A DNA stretch of 64,000 nt from an uncultured Acidobacteriota bacterium. GTDB taxonomy: Bacteria > Acidobacteriota > Thermoanaerobaculia > Multivoradales > UBA5704. The stretch is from positions 1,824,001-1,888,000 of the forward strand of contig CAVYRF010000001.1 in assembly GCA_963770895.1 (NCBI GenBank), written 5' to 3'. The translations under genes were made by a program, and so were the position numbers. The notes beneath the pieces are model-generated. The model ran no database searches and was not told where the DNA came from. It saw only the letters and a list, made by a program, of their open reading frames with translations. Positions 37,904 through 47,207 of this stretch are shown here, one piece after another (the first letter of the stretch is position 1; each line of letters opens with the position of its first letter).

Positions 37904-40864
37904 ATGATCCAGTTCGGTGCAGCAGGGCGCTTGCCGGCGGCGCGTTGCCGGCGCGCGGCGTTGCCCGCGGTGGCCTTGGTGGCGCTCTTTGCCTGTGTCC
38001 AGACGGTGGTCGGCCTGGCGGCCGGCGGCGGGGCGGCGGTGGCCGCGACGCATGCGCCTGGATTGCAGGCGCAGGCGCAGGTGGTGCGCGATGGCAACGG
38101 CGTGCCGCACATCTACACCCAGAACGATCACGACACCGCGTACATGCTGGGTTGGGTGCACGCCCAGGACCGCTTCTTCCAGATGGACATGCTGCGGCGG
38201 ACCTTCAGCGGCACGCTGGCGGAGCTGGTGGGGCAGGGGGGGCTGGCGAGCGACGTGCAGCTGCGCACCCTGGGCCTGCGGCGCGCGGCGGAGGAGTCGC
38301 TGCCGAAGTACCCCGCGACCACGGTCGCCTGGTTGCAGGCGTATGCCGACGGTGTCAACGCCTACGTGGCGGCCAATGCGCTGCCGCCCGAATACGGCGC
38401 CCTGGCGCTCTCCAAGGTGAGCGTGCCGGCGTGGACGACGCTCGACTGCCTGGTGGTGGCCAAGGGGCTGGCCTTCCAACTGTCGTTCGACCTGAGCGAC
38501 ATCGACAACACCATCGCCCTGGGCGCCTTCGAGCAGGCGGCGGCCGCGACCGGCGCGCCGGCGTTCGATCCGGTGGACCTCTATTTTGACGACGTCTACC
38601 GCGAGGCGCCGTTCGATCCGACGATCTCGATTCCTGGCTGGCTCGCGGCGCACACGCAGGCGCCGCCCCCCGGGCTGGGCGGCGCGGCCGCCGCTCCCGC
38701 CCCCGCCGCGGCGCCGGTGATCGATCCGGCGGCGGTGGCGCTGGCCAAGCGCTTCCGCGCCCAGGCCCAACAGGTGCCGGTGCTCAAGGAGGCGTTCGCC
38801 CACAGCCGCGCGTTCACCGGCAGCAACTGGTGGGTGGTCGGCGGGGCGCTGTCGCAGAGCGGCCATCCGCTGCTGGCCAACGATCCCCACCTGTCGCTCA
38901 GCACGCCGCCGGTGTTCTACGAGGTCCACCTGCTGGCCTACGAGGGCGGCGACGGCAACGACATCAACGTCACCGGCGTCAGCTTTCCCGGCACGCCCGC
39001 GGTGGTCCTGGGCTGCAACCTTCACATCTGCTGGGGAGCCACCACCAACCCGATGGACGTGACCGACATCTACCTGGAGCAGCTGGTCGTCGATCCGTCG
39101 ACCGGCGCGCCGGTCGCCACCACGTTCGACAACGCCCCCGAACCGCTGGTGGTGATCCCGCAGGTGTTCCGCTTCAACGCCTCGACGGCGGCCCACCCTG
39201 ACACCGAGGTGGCCGCTCCGATCGGCCCCGCCGCCGGCGGCGTCACCCTGGTGGTGCCGCGGCGCAACAACGGTCCCATCGTCTCGATCGATACCTCGAA
39301 CCCGGCGGCGGTGACGGCACTCAGCGTGCAGTACACCGGCTGGCGCGACACGCGCGAGATCGACAGCCTGCTGATCTGGCAGCGCGCCCGCAATGTGAAC
39401 GATTTCAAGCGCGGCCTGGAATACTTCCACTTCGGCTCGCAAAACTGGAGCTATGCCGACGTGGCAGGCAACGTCGCCTACTTCACCAGCGGCGCGCAGC
39501 CGCTGCGCGAAGATCTGCAGAACCTGCAGCGCCCCGACGGTTCGCCGCCGATCTTCATCCGCGACGGCACCCACCACTACAAGAACGAGTGGCTGCCGCG
39601 CACCACCACCCAGCCCGGCCAGCAGCTCGACTACCAGATCCTGCCCGTTGCCGAGATGCCGCAGGTGATCAATCCGGCGCAAGGCTACGTGCTGACCGCC
39701 AACAACGATCCCATCGGCTCGACCCTCGACAACAACATCTTTGACAAGCTGCGCCTGGGCGGCGGCATCTATTACTTCGGCCTGGGCTACAGCAGCCTGC
39801 GCTCGGGCCAGATCAGCAAGCAGCTGCAGGCCGGTTTTACAACCAAGGGAAAGCTGGGCGCGGCCGACCTGATGACCATCCAACACAACAATCAGCTGCT
39901 CGATGCCGAATTCTTCGTCCCCTACATCCAGACCGCGCTGACCAACGCCAGCCGGCCGGGGGCGCCGGCGGCGCTCGCCACCCTGGCCGCCGACCCGCAG
40001 GTGCTCGAAGCCGTGCAGACCTACCTGGCGCCGTGGGACTTTTCGACGCCGACCGGCATCCTGGGCGGCTACGATCCGGGCGACAATCCGGCGGACCTGC
40101 CGTTCCCGACCAGGGCGCAGGTGAACCACAGCGTCGCGACCACCCTGTACACCCTGTGGCGCAGCCAGTTCGTCCAGGTAGTGATCGATTCCACCCTGAA
40201 CGGCATCGGCCTGGCCGCCTACGTGCCCGACGACGACCACGCGCTGCGCGCCCTCAAGCAGCTGCTGGTCAACTACCCATCGGCGCACGGCTCGGGCGCT
40301 TCGGGCCTCTATTTCTTCGGCGCCGCCGGCAGCGCCGCGTCGACACCCGAGGATGCGCGCGACCTGCTCCTGCTGCAAAGCGTGCGCGCCGCGATCGATC
40401 AGCTGGCGTCGAGCACCTTCGCCGCCGCCTTTCCCGATCCCACCCACCTGTCCACCCTGCGCTGGGGCAAGCTCCACCGCATCGTCTTCAGCAGCCTGCT
40501 GGGTGGCCCCTTCGACATCCCCGGCTCCGGCGACTTCAGCGACCTGGCCCCCGATCTGCCGGGCATCTCGCGCCCCGGCGGCTATGAGACGATCGACGCC
40601 GCCAGCTTCGGCGTCCGCATCACCGGCCTCAACGACGCCATGTTCGGCTCCGGCCCCGCCCGCCGCTTCGTCGGCGAGATGATCCCCAACGCCATCGCCG
40701 CCTACGAGATCGTCCCCGGCGGCGAAAGCGGCGTCGTCGGCAGCCCCGACCGCGCCAACCAGCTGGGTCGCTGGCTGACCGACGCCTATCACCCCCTGCT
40801 CATCACCCCGCAGCAGGTCCACGACAACGCCGTCACCACCACCACCTACCTCCCCGCGCCCTGA
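37904..40864 (+). CDS. Penicillin acylase-family Ntn hydrolase
   Basis: DGNGVPHIY, HAQDRFFQMD, GSNWW nucleophile, LANDPHL, PGGESG. Confidence 0.92.
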   Translation: MIQFGAAGRLPAARCRRAALPAVALVALFACVQTVVGLAAGGGAAVAATHAPGLQAQAQVVRDGNGVPHIYTQNDHDTAYMLGWVHAQDRFFQMDMLRRTFSGTLAELVGQGGLASDVQLRTLGLRRAAEESLPKYPATTVAWLQAYADGVNAYVAANALPPEYGALALSKVSVPAWTTLDCLVVAKGLAFQLSFDLSDIDNTIALGAFEQAAAATGAPAFDPVDLYFDDVYREAPFDPTISIPGWLAAHTQAPPPGLGGAAAAPAPAAAPVIDPAAVALAKRFRAQAQQVPVLKEAFAHSRAFTGSNWWVVGGALSQSGHPLLANDPHLSLSTPPVFYEVHLLAYEGGDGNDINVTGVSFPGTPAVVLGCNLHICWGATTNPMDVTDIYLEQLVVDPSTGAPVATTFDNAPEPLVVIPQVFRFNASTAAHPDTEVAAPIGPAAGGVTLVVPRRNNGPIVSIDTSNPAAVTALSVQYTGWRDTREIDSLLIWQRARNVNDFKRGLEYFHFGSQNWSYADVAGNVAYFTSGAQPLREDLQNLQRPDGSPPIFIRDGTHHYKNEWLPRTTTQPGQQLDYQILPVAEMPQVINPAQGYVLTANNDPIGSTLDNNIFDKLRLGGGIYYFGLGYSSLRSGQISKQLQAGFTTKGKLGAADLMTIQHNNQLLDAEFFVPYIQTALTNASRPGAPAALATLAADPQVLEAVQTYLAPWDFSTPTGILGGYDPGDNPADLPFPTRAQVNHSVATTLYTLWRSQFVQVVIDSTLNGIGLAAYVPDDDHALRALKQLLVNYPSAHGSGASGLYFFGAAGSAASTPEDARDLLLLQSVRAAIDQLASSTFAAAFPDPTHLSTLRWGKLHRIVFSSLLGGPFDIPGSGDFSDLAPDLPGISRPGGYETIDAASFGVRITGLNDAMFGSGPARRFVGEMIPNAIAAYEIVPGGESGVVGSPDRANQLGRWLTDAYHPLLITPQQVHDNAVTTTTYLPAP

Positions 40865-40983
40865 CCGGCCTGGACCGGCCGGTGCCCTTTCCGGGCCCGG
40901 CCGGCTCGCCTCGACCCCCACGCACCTACGCCACCCCTCCATCTCCCTCGGCAGCCTGCGGCTGCCGAGGGGTGCGGCAATCG

Positions 40984-41445
40984 TCAGCCCCTGCCGGTCC
41001 GTGGCTCTGCCAATGCCGCGAGATCGAGGTGGTCCTGCGGCCGTCCGGCCGCGGTCTTGTTGCGGATAAGCTCGTTCTTGCCGAGGTAGAACACCTCGGC
41101 CGTGCCGTAGCGTCCGGCCACCCGCCCTTGCCAGGCCGCGGCAAAATCCACGCCGTCGATCGAGGTCATGAGATCGACGCGGTTGGGTGGATAGCCGAGC
41201 TGGACGACCCGGCCGGGCGAGCTGAAGTCTTCAACCGTGAGGCCGACGCTGCCGAAACCAAAGTCTGCCAGGGCAGCGAGCAGCCGGGTGGCGTTTTGCG
41301 GAGTTGGCTCGACGAAGAGGTCGAGGTCTTTGGTGAAGCGGGGACGGGCGTGAAAGGCGACGGCGTAGGCGCCGGCTACCAGGACCTTAACGCGATGGGC
41401 GTTCAAGGATGCGAACAGTTCTTCGAAGTCCTTGGATAGGTTCAC
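40984..41445 (-). CDS. Putative nucleotidyltransferase
   Basis: GAYAVAFH..PRFTKDLD, NK.AAGRPQD..D. Confidence 0.8.
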   Translation of the reverse strand: MNLSKDFEELFASLNAHRVKVLVAGAYAVAFHARPRFTKDLDLFVEPTPQNATRLLAALADFGFGSVGLTVEDFSSPGRVVQLGYPPNRVDLMTSIDGVDFAAAWQGRVAGRYGTAEVFYLGKNELIRNKTAAGRPQDHLDLAALAEPRTGRG

Positions 41446-41581
41446 CGGTCACCTTCCACGCTTCGTGCCGCAGTTGTTCGAGCGCTTCGACCCGCTGGTC
41501 GCCGGTCATCGACGCCCAGAACTCCCGGTCGGCCTGTGCATCCTCGGCAAACGAGTTGCACTTGCGTACCCAGAGGTCCAT
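41387..41581 (-). CDS. Small hypothetical partner of the nucleotidyltransferase
   Basis: ADREFWASMT.DQR.EALEQLR; overlaps the downstream gene. Confidence 0.65.
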   Translation of the reverse strand: MDLWVRKCNSFAEDAQADREFWASMTGDQRVEALEQLRHEAWKVTGEPIQGLRRTVRILERPSR

Positions 41582-41718
41582 GGCGCGATCGTATCACCGA
41601 CCCCGGTTCCGGCTGGAAGGCGTCAGTGCCAGCCACGCTTGCCAGGTTGCCGGCGGGTTTGGTGAGGGTGCGGAGGGCGCCGGATGGGCAGCCGGCTTGC
41701 AGGGCGCCGAGGTCGCGG

Positions 41719-43356
41719 TCAGGGTCTGGTGGGCGGCCGGCTGGCAGTGGTGGTGGGGCCGGCGGTGGGCAGGGGTAGAGCCCACAGCCTGCGGCCGTGG
41801 ACGCCGTCGTCGGCGGTCCAGTAGAGGTGATCGCCGGCGACGGTGAGCGAGTCGGGGCGCGAGGAGCCGGGGCCCGGCTGGATGTCCTGCACCAGGCGGG
41901 TGCCGGCCGCGGTGCCGTCGCTCTGCCACAGCTCGGTGCCGTGCAGCGGCTCGCCGGCGGCGAAAAAGACCAGGCCGCGGGCGGCAACCAGCCCCACCGG
42001 GTCCGCCGAGCGCGCGCCGCGGGCGATGTCGAGTACCAGCGCCGTGCCGGCGACCGAGCCGTCGGTCCGCCACAGCTCGGTGCCGTGGGCATCGTCGTGG
42101 GCGGCGAACAGCAGGGCGCCGCCGGGCGCCGTGAAGGCCGGCGGGATCCGCGGCGCCTGCCGGACCTGGAGCGGCGCGACCATCCCCAGCAGCGTGGTGC
42201 CGGCCGCCGTGCCGTCGGAGCGGAAGAGCCCGCGTTGCCGGCCGCGGCCGGTGCCGGCGAAAAACAGCAGCGAATCGCCGAACGCGAACAGGTCGGAGGG
42301 ATCGCCGTGGATGGCCCAGGGTGACGAGCGCTCGACCGGTGTTGCCTGCGGTGCCGCCGGCGCCGATGCCGTCGATGACGATGCCGCGGACGGCACTGAT
42401 GCTGCCATCGACGCTGCCAATGCCGCCGACGTCCCGGCCGCCCCGCGCGCAGCAGCAGCCCCCGCTGTCCCAGCCGCTGCCGGAAAAGCCGCCATGGTGC
42501 CGGCGGCGGTGCCGTCGGTCTGCCACAGCTCTCGCTGGAGGGTGAAGTAGACCCGCCCGGCGGCGGGGACGATCTCCGCGAAATCGTCGGAGTAGGCCTG
42601 GGTGCTGGTCAGCCGGCGGGTGCCGGCGCCGGTGCCGTCGGTGACCCAGAGGGCGTAGCTGCCCGCCGGGCCCGCCTCGCAGCCGACGAAATAGAGCTGC
42701 GATCCGGCGGGCGTCAGGTCCCCGACGTCGAACCATGCCGGCAGACCGGGAAGCCGCGCGGTGCCGGCGGCGGTGCCGTCGCTGCGGTAGATCGCATGGA
42801 GGCCGCCGCCACGGGGGAAGTTGGCGACAAAGAACAGCTTGCCGCGGAAGGCGACCATGTCCGTGAACAGATCCGGGTGCTCCACCACCTGCCGCGTGCC
42901 GGCGACGGTGCCGTCGGTGCGCCACAACCGGGTGTCGGCAATGTACAGGATCCCATCGATCTCAACCGGAGCCATCCCGTAGGTGGCCGTCAGGGGCAGC
43001 GGCTGGGGCACCGTCTTGCTGGCGCCGTGGACGCCGAGCGCAAACACGGCGTTGTCGCCGGTCGAATAGAGGATCCCGCCGCCATAGGCGGCGATGATGC
43101 GGAAAACCGGACCGTGCGCGTCCGCGTCCGGCAGCGCGACCGTATGCGGACCGCCGCCGGCCGCGGCTTGAGCATCGGACTTCGCCGTCGCCGTCGCCGT
43201 CGTCGTCGTCGGTGCCGGTGGCGGCGCCGCTCCGGCCGGGGCCGCCATGGCAACGCCCGCCACCACCAGCAGGCCCGCCGCCAGGATGCTGCCGTTCAGG
43301 CGGCCGCGCTGGCCGATGCGCTCGCCTTTCGTGCCGCTGTTGCCGCTCGTGCCCAC
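41719..43356 (-). CDS. ELWxxDGT-repeat secreted beta-propeller protein
   Basis: Repeated ELW(R/Q)(T/S)DGT.AGT; signal peptide; GTG start with GGGAGAG upstream. Confidence 0.85.
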   Translation of the reverse strand: MGTSGNSGTKGERIGQRGRLNGSILAAGLLVVAGVAMAAPAGAAPPPAPTTTTATATAKSDAQAAAGGGPHTVALPDADAHGPVFRIIAAYGGGILYSTGDNAVFALGVHGASKTVPQPLPLTATYGMAPVEIDGILYIADTRLWRTDGTVAGTRQVVEHPDLFTDMVAFRGKLFFVANFPRGGGLHAIYRSDGTAAGTARLPGLPAWFDVGDLTPAGSQLYFVGCEAGPAGSYALWVTDGTGAGTRRLTSTQAYSDDFAEIVPAAGRVYFTLQRELWQTDGTAAGTMAAFPAAAGTAGAAAARGAAGTSAALAASMAASVPSAASSSTASAPAAPQATPVERSSPWAIHGDPSDLFAFGDSLLFFAGTGRGRQRGLFRSDGTAAGTTLLGMVAPLQVRQAPRIPPAFTAPGGALLFAAHDDAHGTELWRTDGSVAGTALVLDIARGARSADPVGLVAARGLVFFAAGEPLHGTELWQSDGTAAGTRLVQDIQPGPGSSRPDSLTVAGDHLYWTADDGVHGRRLWALPLPTAGPTTTASRPPTRP

Positions 43357-43397
43357 TGTGCTCTCCCGGCCGCCGCGCGCCGGCTGCCGTCGCGGCG

Positions 43398-44285
43398 CTA
43401 CCACCGGTGCTGGGTGAGCGGGGAGGTGCCGGCCAGGGGGAGGTGCTCGTGCTCGACGCGCTCGCCGACGGATTTGACGGCGACGCGGCCGGGGCCGGTG
43501 AGGCAGAGCCAGAGGTGCCGCAGGTTGGCGGTGGAGGTGAAGAAGCTGACGTTGCTGGCGCCGCGCGGGACCTCCATGTGGAGGTGCATGGCGACCGCGG
43601 GGTCCTTGAAGACCAGGGCGGAAGGCTTGACCAGGATGGTCTGGCCGGCGGCCAGGCGGCGGACGAAGACGTTGCCCGCGGCGTGCAGCAGCAGCAGCCC
43701 GGGCGCCGCGGCGCAGCCGAACCGGTCCATGGCGAAGCCGATCGGATAGATCGTTTCGCGGTCGTTGCCATTGCGCACGTTGAACCAGATGCCGGGGTTG
43801 AACCAGTCGTAGCCGACCTGACCGGTGGCGACCATGAACAGCCCTTCGCGCACGTCCACCACCTGGCCGGTCTGCAGCGGCAACGCGATCAGCTCGCCCG
43901 GCGCGTCGTGCGAAAAGGCGATGTGGCCGGGGCCGCCGGCCTGGGTCATGATCAGCGGCATGCCGGCCATCAGACGCTTCCAGCCGCCGCGCATCGACAT
44001 CGCCGCCATCTGCACCCGCGGCTCCTTCCACAGCAGCACGTGATGCGAGAAATAGACGCTGTCGCCCGCCGCCAGCGCCATGTCGGCGACCGGCACGAAG
44101 GCGCCTTCGATCTGGCAGTAGGAGTGGCCGAACTGCAGCTTGGCCATGTCTTTGCGGCCGGGCAGCTGCACCCAGCCCGATTCGCTGACCAGCGCCGCCA
44201 GGTCCACCTGGGCGCCGCAGCTGGGGCACGACAGGTCGGCCGCGGTGACCGCGGTGCCGCACCAGCTGCAGGTCGCGCTTGCCAT
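43398..44285 (-). CDS. AIM24-family protein with N-terminal zinc ribbon
   Basis: CxxC...CxxC; GPGHIAFS, TGPGRVAV. Confidence 0.8.
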   Translation of the reverse strand: MASATCSWCGTAVTAADLSCPSCGAQVDLAALVSESGWVQLPGRKDMAKLQFGHSYCQIEGAFVPVADMALAAGDSVYFSHHVLLWKEPRVQMAAMSMRGGWKRLMAGMPLIMTQAGGPGHIAFSHDAPGELIALPLQTGQVVDVREGLFMVATGQVGYDWFNPGIWFNVRNGNDRETIYPIGFAMDRFGCAAAPGLLLLHAAGNVFVRRLAAGQTILVKPSALVFKDPAVAMHLHMEVPRGASNVSFFTSTANLRHLWLCLTGPGRVAVKSVGERVEHEHLPLAGTSPLTQHRW

Positions 44286-44300
44286 GGGCGTGCCGGGCTG

Positions 44301-45134
44301 CTACTCGGTGTTGTGGTGGACGTACATCGATTGAATGCCGACGCGGCCGGGGCCGGTCACCTTGGCCAGGTTCATGCCGGTGCCGCCGAACAGGCCGGTC
44401 GTGAGCTTCTGCGTCTCCACGTCCATGGTCACCGTGGAATCCTTGTAGAGGAACGCGCCGGGTTCGAGCTGCAGGCTTTCTCCCGGCTTGAGGGTGCGTT
44501 CGAAGACGTTGCCGTAGCCGTGCAGGATGAGCAGGCCGGGGGCGTCGCCGGTGACGAAGCGGTCCATGAACATCCCCTGGCCGCCGAACAGGATGTTGCG
44601 CAGCCCCTTGATGCGGACGTACGAGTAGCTGATGTGGTGCGAGGCCAGCAGGAAGGCGTGCTCGCGCACGTCCATCTCCATGCCGGGATGCAGCGGCAGC
44701 AGCACCAGCTCGCCGGTCGCGTCGCGCGAAAAGGCGATGCGTCCCGGCCCCTGCGCGACGCTGATGATGAACGGCATGCCGGCCAGGGCGCGCTTGATGC
44801 CGCCCTGCAGCTGCATGGCGGACAGCGGCACCGCGCCGTCCTTCCACAGCATCACGTGGTGCTCGAAGTAGATCCAGTCGCCGGCGCCCAGGTTGATCTC
44901 GGCGACCGGCACCACCTCGCCTTCGACCTGGCAGGTGCTCTGGCCGAACTGCACCTCGGTCATGTCGCGGATGCGCGGCGCTTCGCGCCAGCCCGAGTCG
45001 CTGACCAGGTTGCGCACGTCGAGCGGCGCGCCGCAGGACCGGCAGGCGGTGGCGCTGACCAGGTTCTGGCTTTGGCACCACTGGCAGACGATCCGCTGGG
45101 CCGGATCGCCCCCGGAATACGGCGCATCGCTCAT
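44301..45134 (-). CDS. AIM24-family protein with N-terminal zinc ribbon
   Basis: CQWC...CRSC; GPGRIAFS, LFGGQGMF, TGPGRVGIQS. Confidence 0.85.
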   Translation of the reverse strand: MSDAPYSGGDPAQRIVCQWCQSQNLVSATACRSCGAPLDVRNLVSDSGWREAPRIRDMTEVQFGQSTCQVEGEVVPVAEINLGAGDWIYFEHHVMLWKDGAVPLSAMQLQGGIKRALAGMPFIISVAQGPGRIAFSRDATGELVLLPLHPGMEMDVREHAFLLASHHISYSYVRIKGLRNILFGGQGMFMDRFVTGDAPGLLILHGYGNVFERTLKPGESLQLEPGAFLYKDSTVTMDVETQKLTTGLFGGTGMNLAKVTGPGRVGIQSMYVHHNTE

Positions 45135-45285
45135 CGGGCTTGCCTCGGACGGCTGGGCCGTGGAAAGGGTGGCCGCGGCGCGGCCTGCCGGCGTGGCCGG
45201 CCGTAGCACAGGGGGGAGGGCTCGATCGGGTTCGGCATGCGGCGCCCCAAGCATATACCGAGCAGGGTGGCGCCCCCCCTGGCGG

Positions 45286-47031
45286 CTACTCCTGCCGCGA
45301 CGCGCCGTCCACGGTGCCGGCGAGCGGCGAATCGGAGCCGTCGGGGCGCGGCGCGCGCTCGCCGGTGCCGTCGTTGGCGGGGCCGGCGGGGATGGCTTCG
45401 GCGCGCAGCTCGATGCCGGGGATGCGGCGCAGTTGGGCGGGCGCCGACGCCGCGTCCAGCACCACCACGCGGTAGCCGGCGTCGAGCAGCCGGCGCGCCT
45501 GCGCCGGCGTCGGCAGCTCGGCGTAGGCGGCCGGATACGGGGTGTAGAACATGGCCTCGATCGGCCGGTCGAGGTGAAACAGCACCACCGGCCCCGGCCC
45601 CAACCGCGCCGGCAGCGCGCGCAGCGCCCTCGCCCACGGCGGGTTGCGGTCGTAGGTGGCGCGGATCTTCAGGCGTTCCACCGTGTAGCGCAGCGGCAGC
45701 AGCGGCAGCAGCACCAGCAGCAGCCAGCGCCCGCCCGCCGCGGCCCACCTGCCGGCCGCCGGCCTGACCGGGGCCGGGATCGGGGGAGCCTGACGCCCTG
45801 GCACCGGTTCCCCTGCGGCGTCGGTGCGGCCTGCGGCCTGCGGCCGGCGGTCGCACAGCCACACCCAGGAGCTGGCCTGGATGATGAAGAGCGCCGGCGC
45901 GGCGATCATCACGTAGCCGCCCAGCTTGGTCGCGGCGATCGAGAAGGCGGCGTAGGGGAGCAGCAGCCAGACCGCCAGCGCCGCCCGCGCCGCCGGCCGC
46001 GGCGGCTGGTCGTCGCCCCACAGCGCCCGCCAGCGCGGCACCAGGCTCAACAGGAACCACGCGACGGGCACCCAGATCAGCTCGCCGAAGAAGCGCGGCA
46101 TGCGCAGCAGGTGGTACCACGGCGGGCCGCCCAGGCCTTCGATCGGCACCAGCAGGTGCTGGCTGTTGTACGCCGCTTCCCAACTGGACTCCAGCGGGAA
46201 GGCGGCGCGGCAGTAGAGCTGCCAGGGCAGCGCCACGGCCGCACAGCACGCCGCCAGCAGCGCCAGGCCCAGCGCCACCCGCCGCGGCCGCTCGCGGCGC
46301 CACACCAGCGCCAGCCACACCGCCGCCGGCAGCAGGCCGGGCAGCCACTTGGCGAGCACCGCCAGGCCGCAGGCCGCGCCCACCGCCGCCGTCCAGCCCC
46401 ACCAGCTCCGGCCGCCGGGCGGATCCTCTGCGGCGCCGCGGCGGCCGCGCGCCTGCAGCACGGCACAGCAGATCCCCAGCTCGACGCAGAACAGCAGTGC
46501 GGTGTCCACGTGATCCACCGCCACGCGGCCGCCGGGGAGCTGCAGCAGGTAGCCGTTGACGGCCTGGAAGGCGGCGGCCAGGAGGCCGGTGCGCGTGCCG
46601 CGCAGGGCGGCGCCGATCACGTAGGTCAGGAAGATGGCCAGCGTCGACAGCAGCAGGCTGGGCAGGCGCATCGCGATCTCGTCGGTGCCCAGCAGCCGCA
46701 TGGCGGCCGCCATCAGCCACAGGGCGAGCGGCGGCTTGTGGAGCCAGATGTGGTTGTGGCGCCAGTCGCGGTAGTCGTAGGGCAGCAGCGGGTGATCGTA
46801 GAGGGTGGGGAGCAGCGGGTGCTCGACCAGGTGCTTCGCCACCAGGGCGTGGTAGCGCTCGTCCCAGGTGTGCAGAAACAGGTCGCAGCCGGCGTACATG
46901 CGCAGCGCGAGGCCGGCGCCGACGATGGCAGCAGCGGCGGCCAGGGGGTGGCCGCCGCGCCAGGCGCGATAGGCGACGAAGAAAAGCAGGCCGGCGGCGC
47001 TCAGCGCCGCCAGACCCCAAGCCAGGTTCAG
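45286..47031 (-). CDS. GT39/ArnT-like membrane glycosyltransferase (probable CTG start)
   Basis: WDERYH, HKPPL..W, RLPS, LAK; frame open upstream of ATG 46899 through two more hydrophobic segments. Confidence 0.82.
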   Translation of the reverse strand: MNLAWGLAALSAAGLLFFVAYRAWRGGHPLAAAAAIVGAGLALRMYAGCDLFLHTWDERYHALVAKHLVEHPLLPTLYDHPLLPYDYRDWRHNHIWLHKPPLALWLMAAAMRLLGTDEIAMRLPSLLLSTLAIFLTYVIGAALRGTRTGLLAAAFQAVNGYLLQLPGGRVAVDHVDTALLFCVELGICCAVLQARGRRGAAEDPPGGRSWWGWTAAVGAACGLAVLAKWLPGLLPAAVWLALVWRRERPRRVALGLALLAACCAAVALPWQLYCRAAFPLESSWEAAYNSQHLLVPIEGLGGPPWYHLLRMPRFFGELIWVPVAWFLLSLVPRWRALWGDDQPPRPAARAALAVWLLLPYAAFSIAATKLGGYVMIAAPALFIIQASSWVWLCDRRPQAAGRTDAAGEPVPGRQAPPIPAPVRPAAGRWAAAGGRWLLLVLLPLLPLRYTVERLKIRATYDRNPPWARALRALPARLGPGPVVLFHLDRPIEAMFYTPYPAAYAELPTPAQARRLLDAGYRVVVLDAASAPAQLRRIPGIELRAEAIPAGPANDGTGERAPRPDGSDSPLAGTVDGASRQE

Positions 47032-47207
47032 GGGTCGGGTCCTCCCGGTGATGCCGGCGCCGGGAGCCTAGCAGAGGCGCTCCTCGGGCGGCCAGCGCAT
47101 CCAGTTGCGCGGCAACCAGCTTTTACTAATCTGAAACAAGGAGTGCTGCGTAATACCTCCAGGTAGTACTCTTACGGGGCGAAGAGATCGCGCATCCGAG
47201 GTGCTGT

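Noticed and set aside
43357-45081. N-terminal 575 aa of ORF 41719..45081
   Set aside because: Off-frame read of the two AIM24 genes; the real gene starts near 43356.
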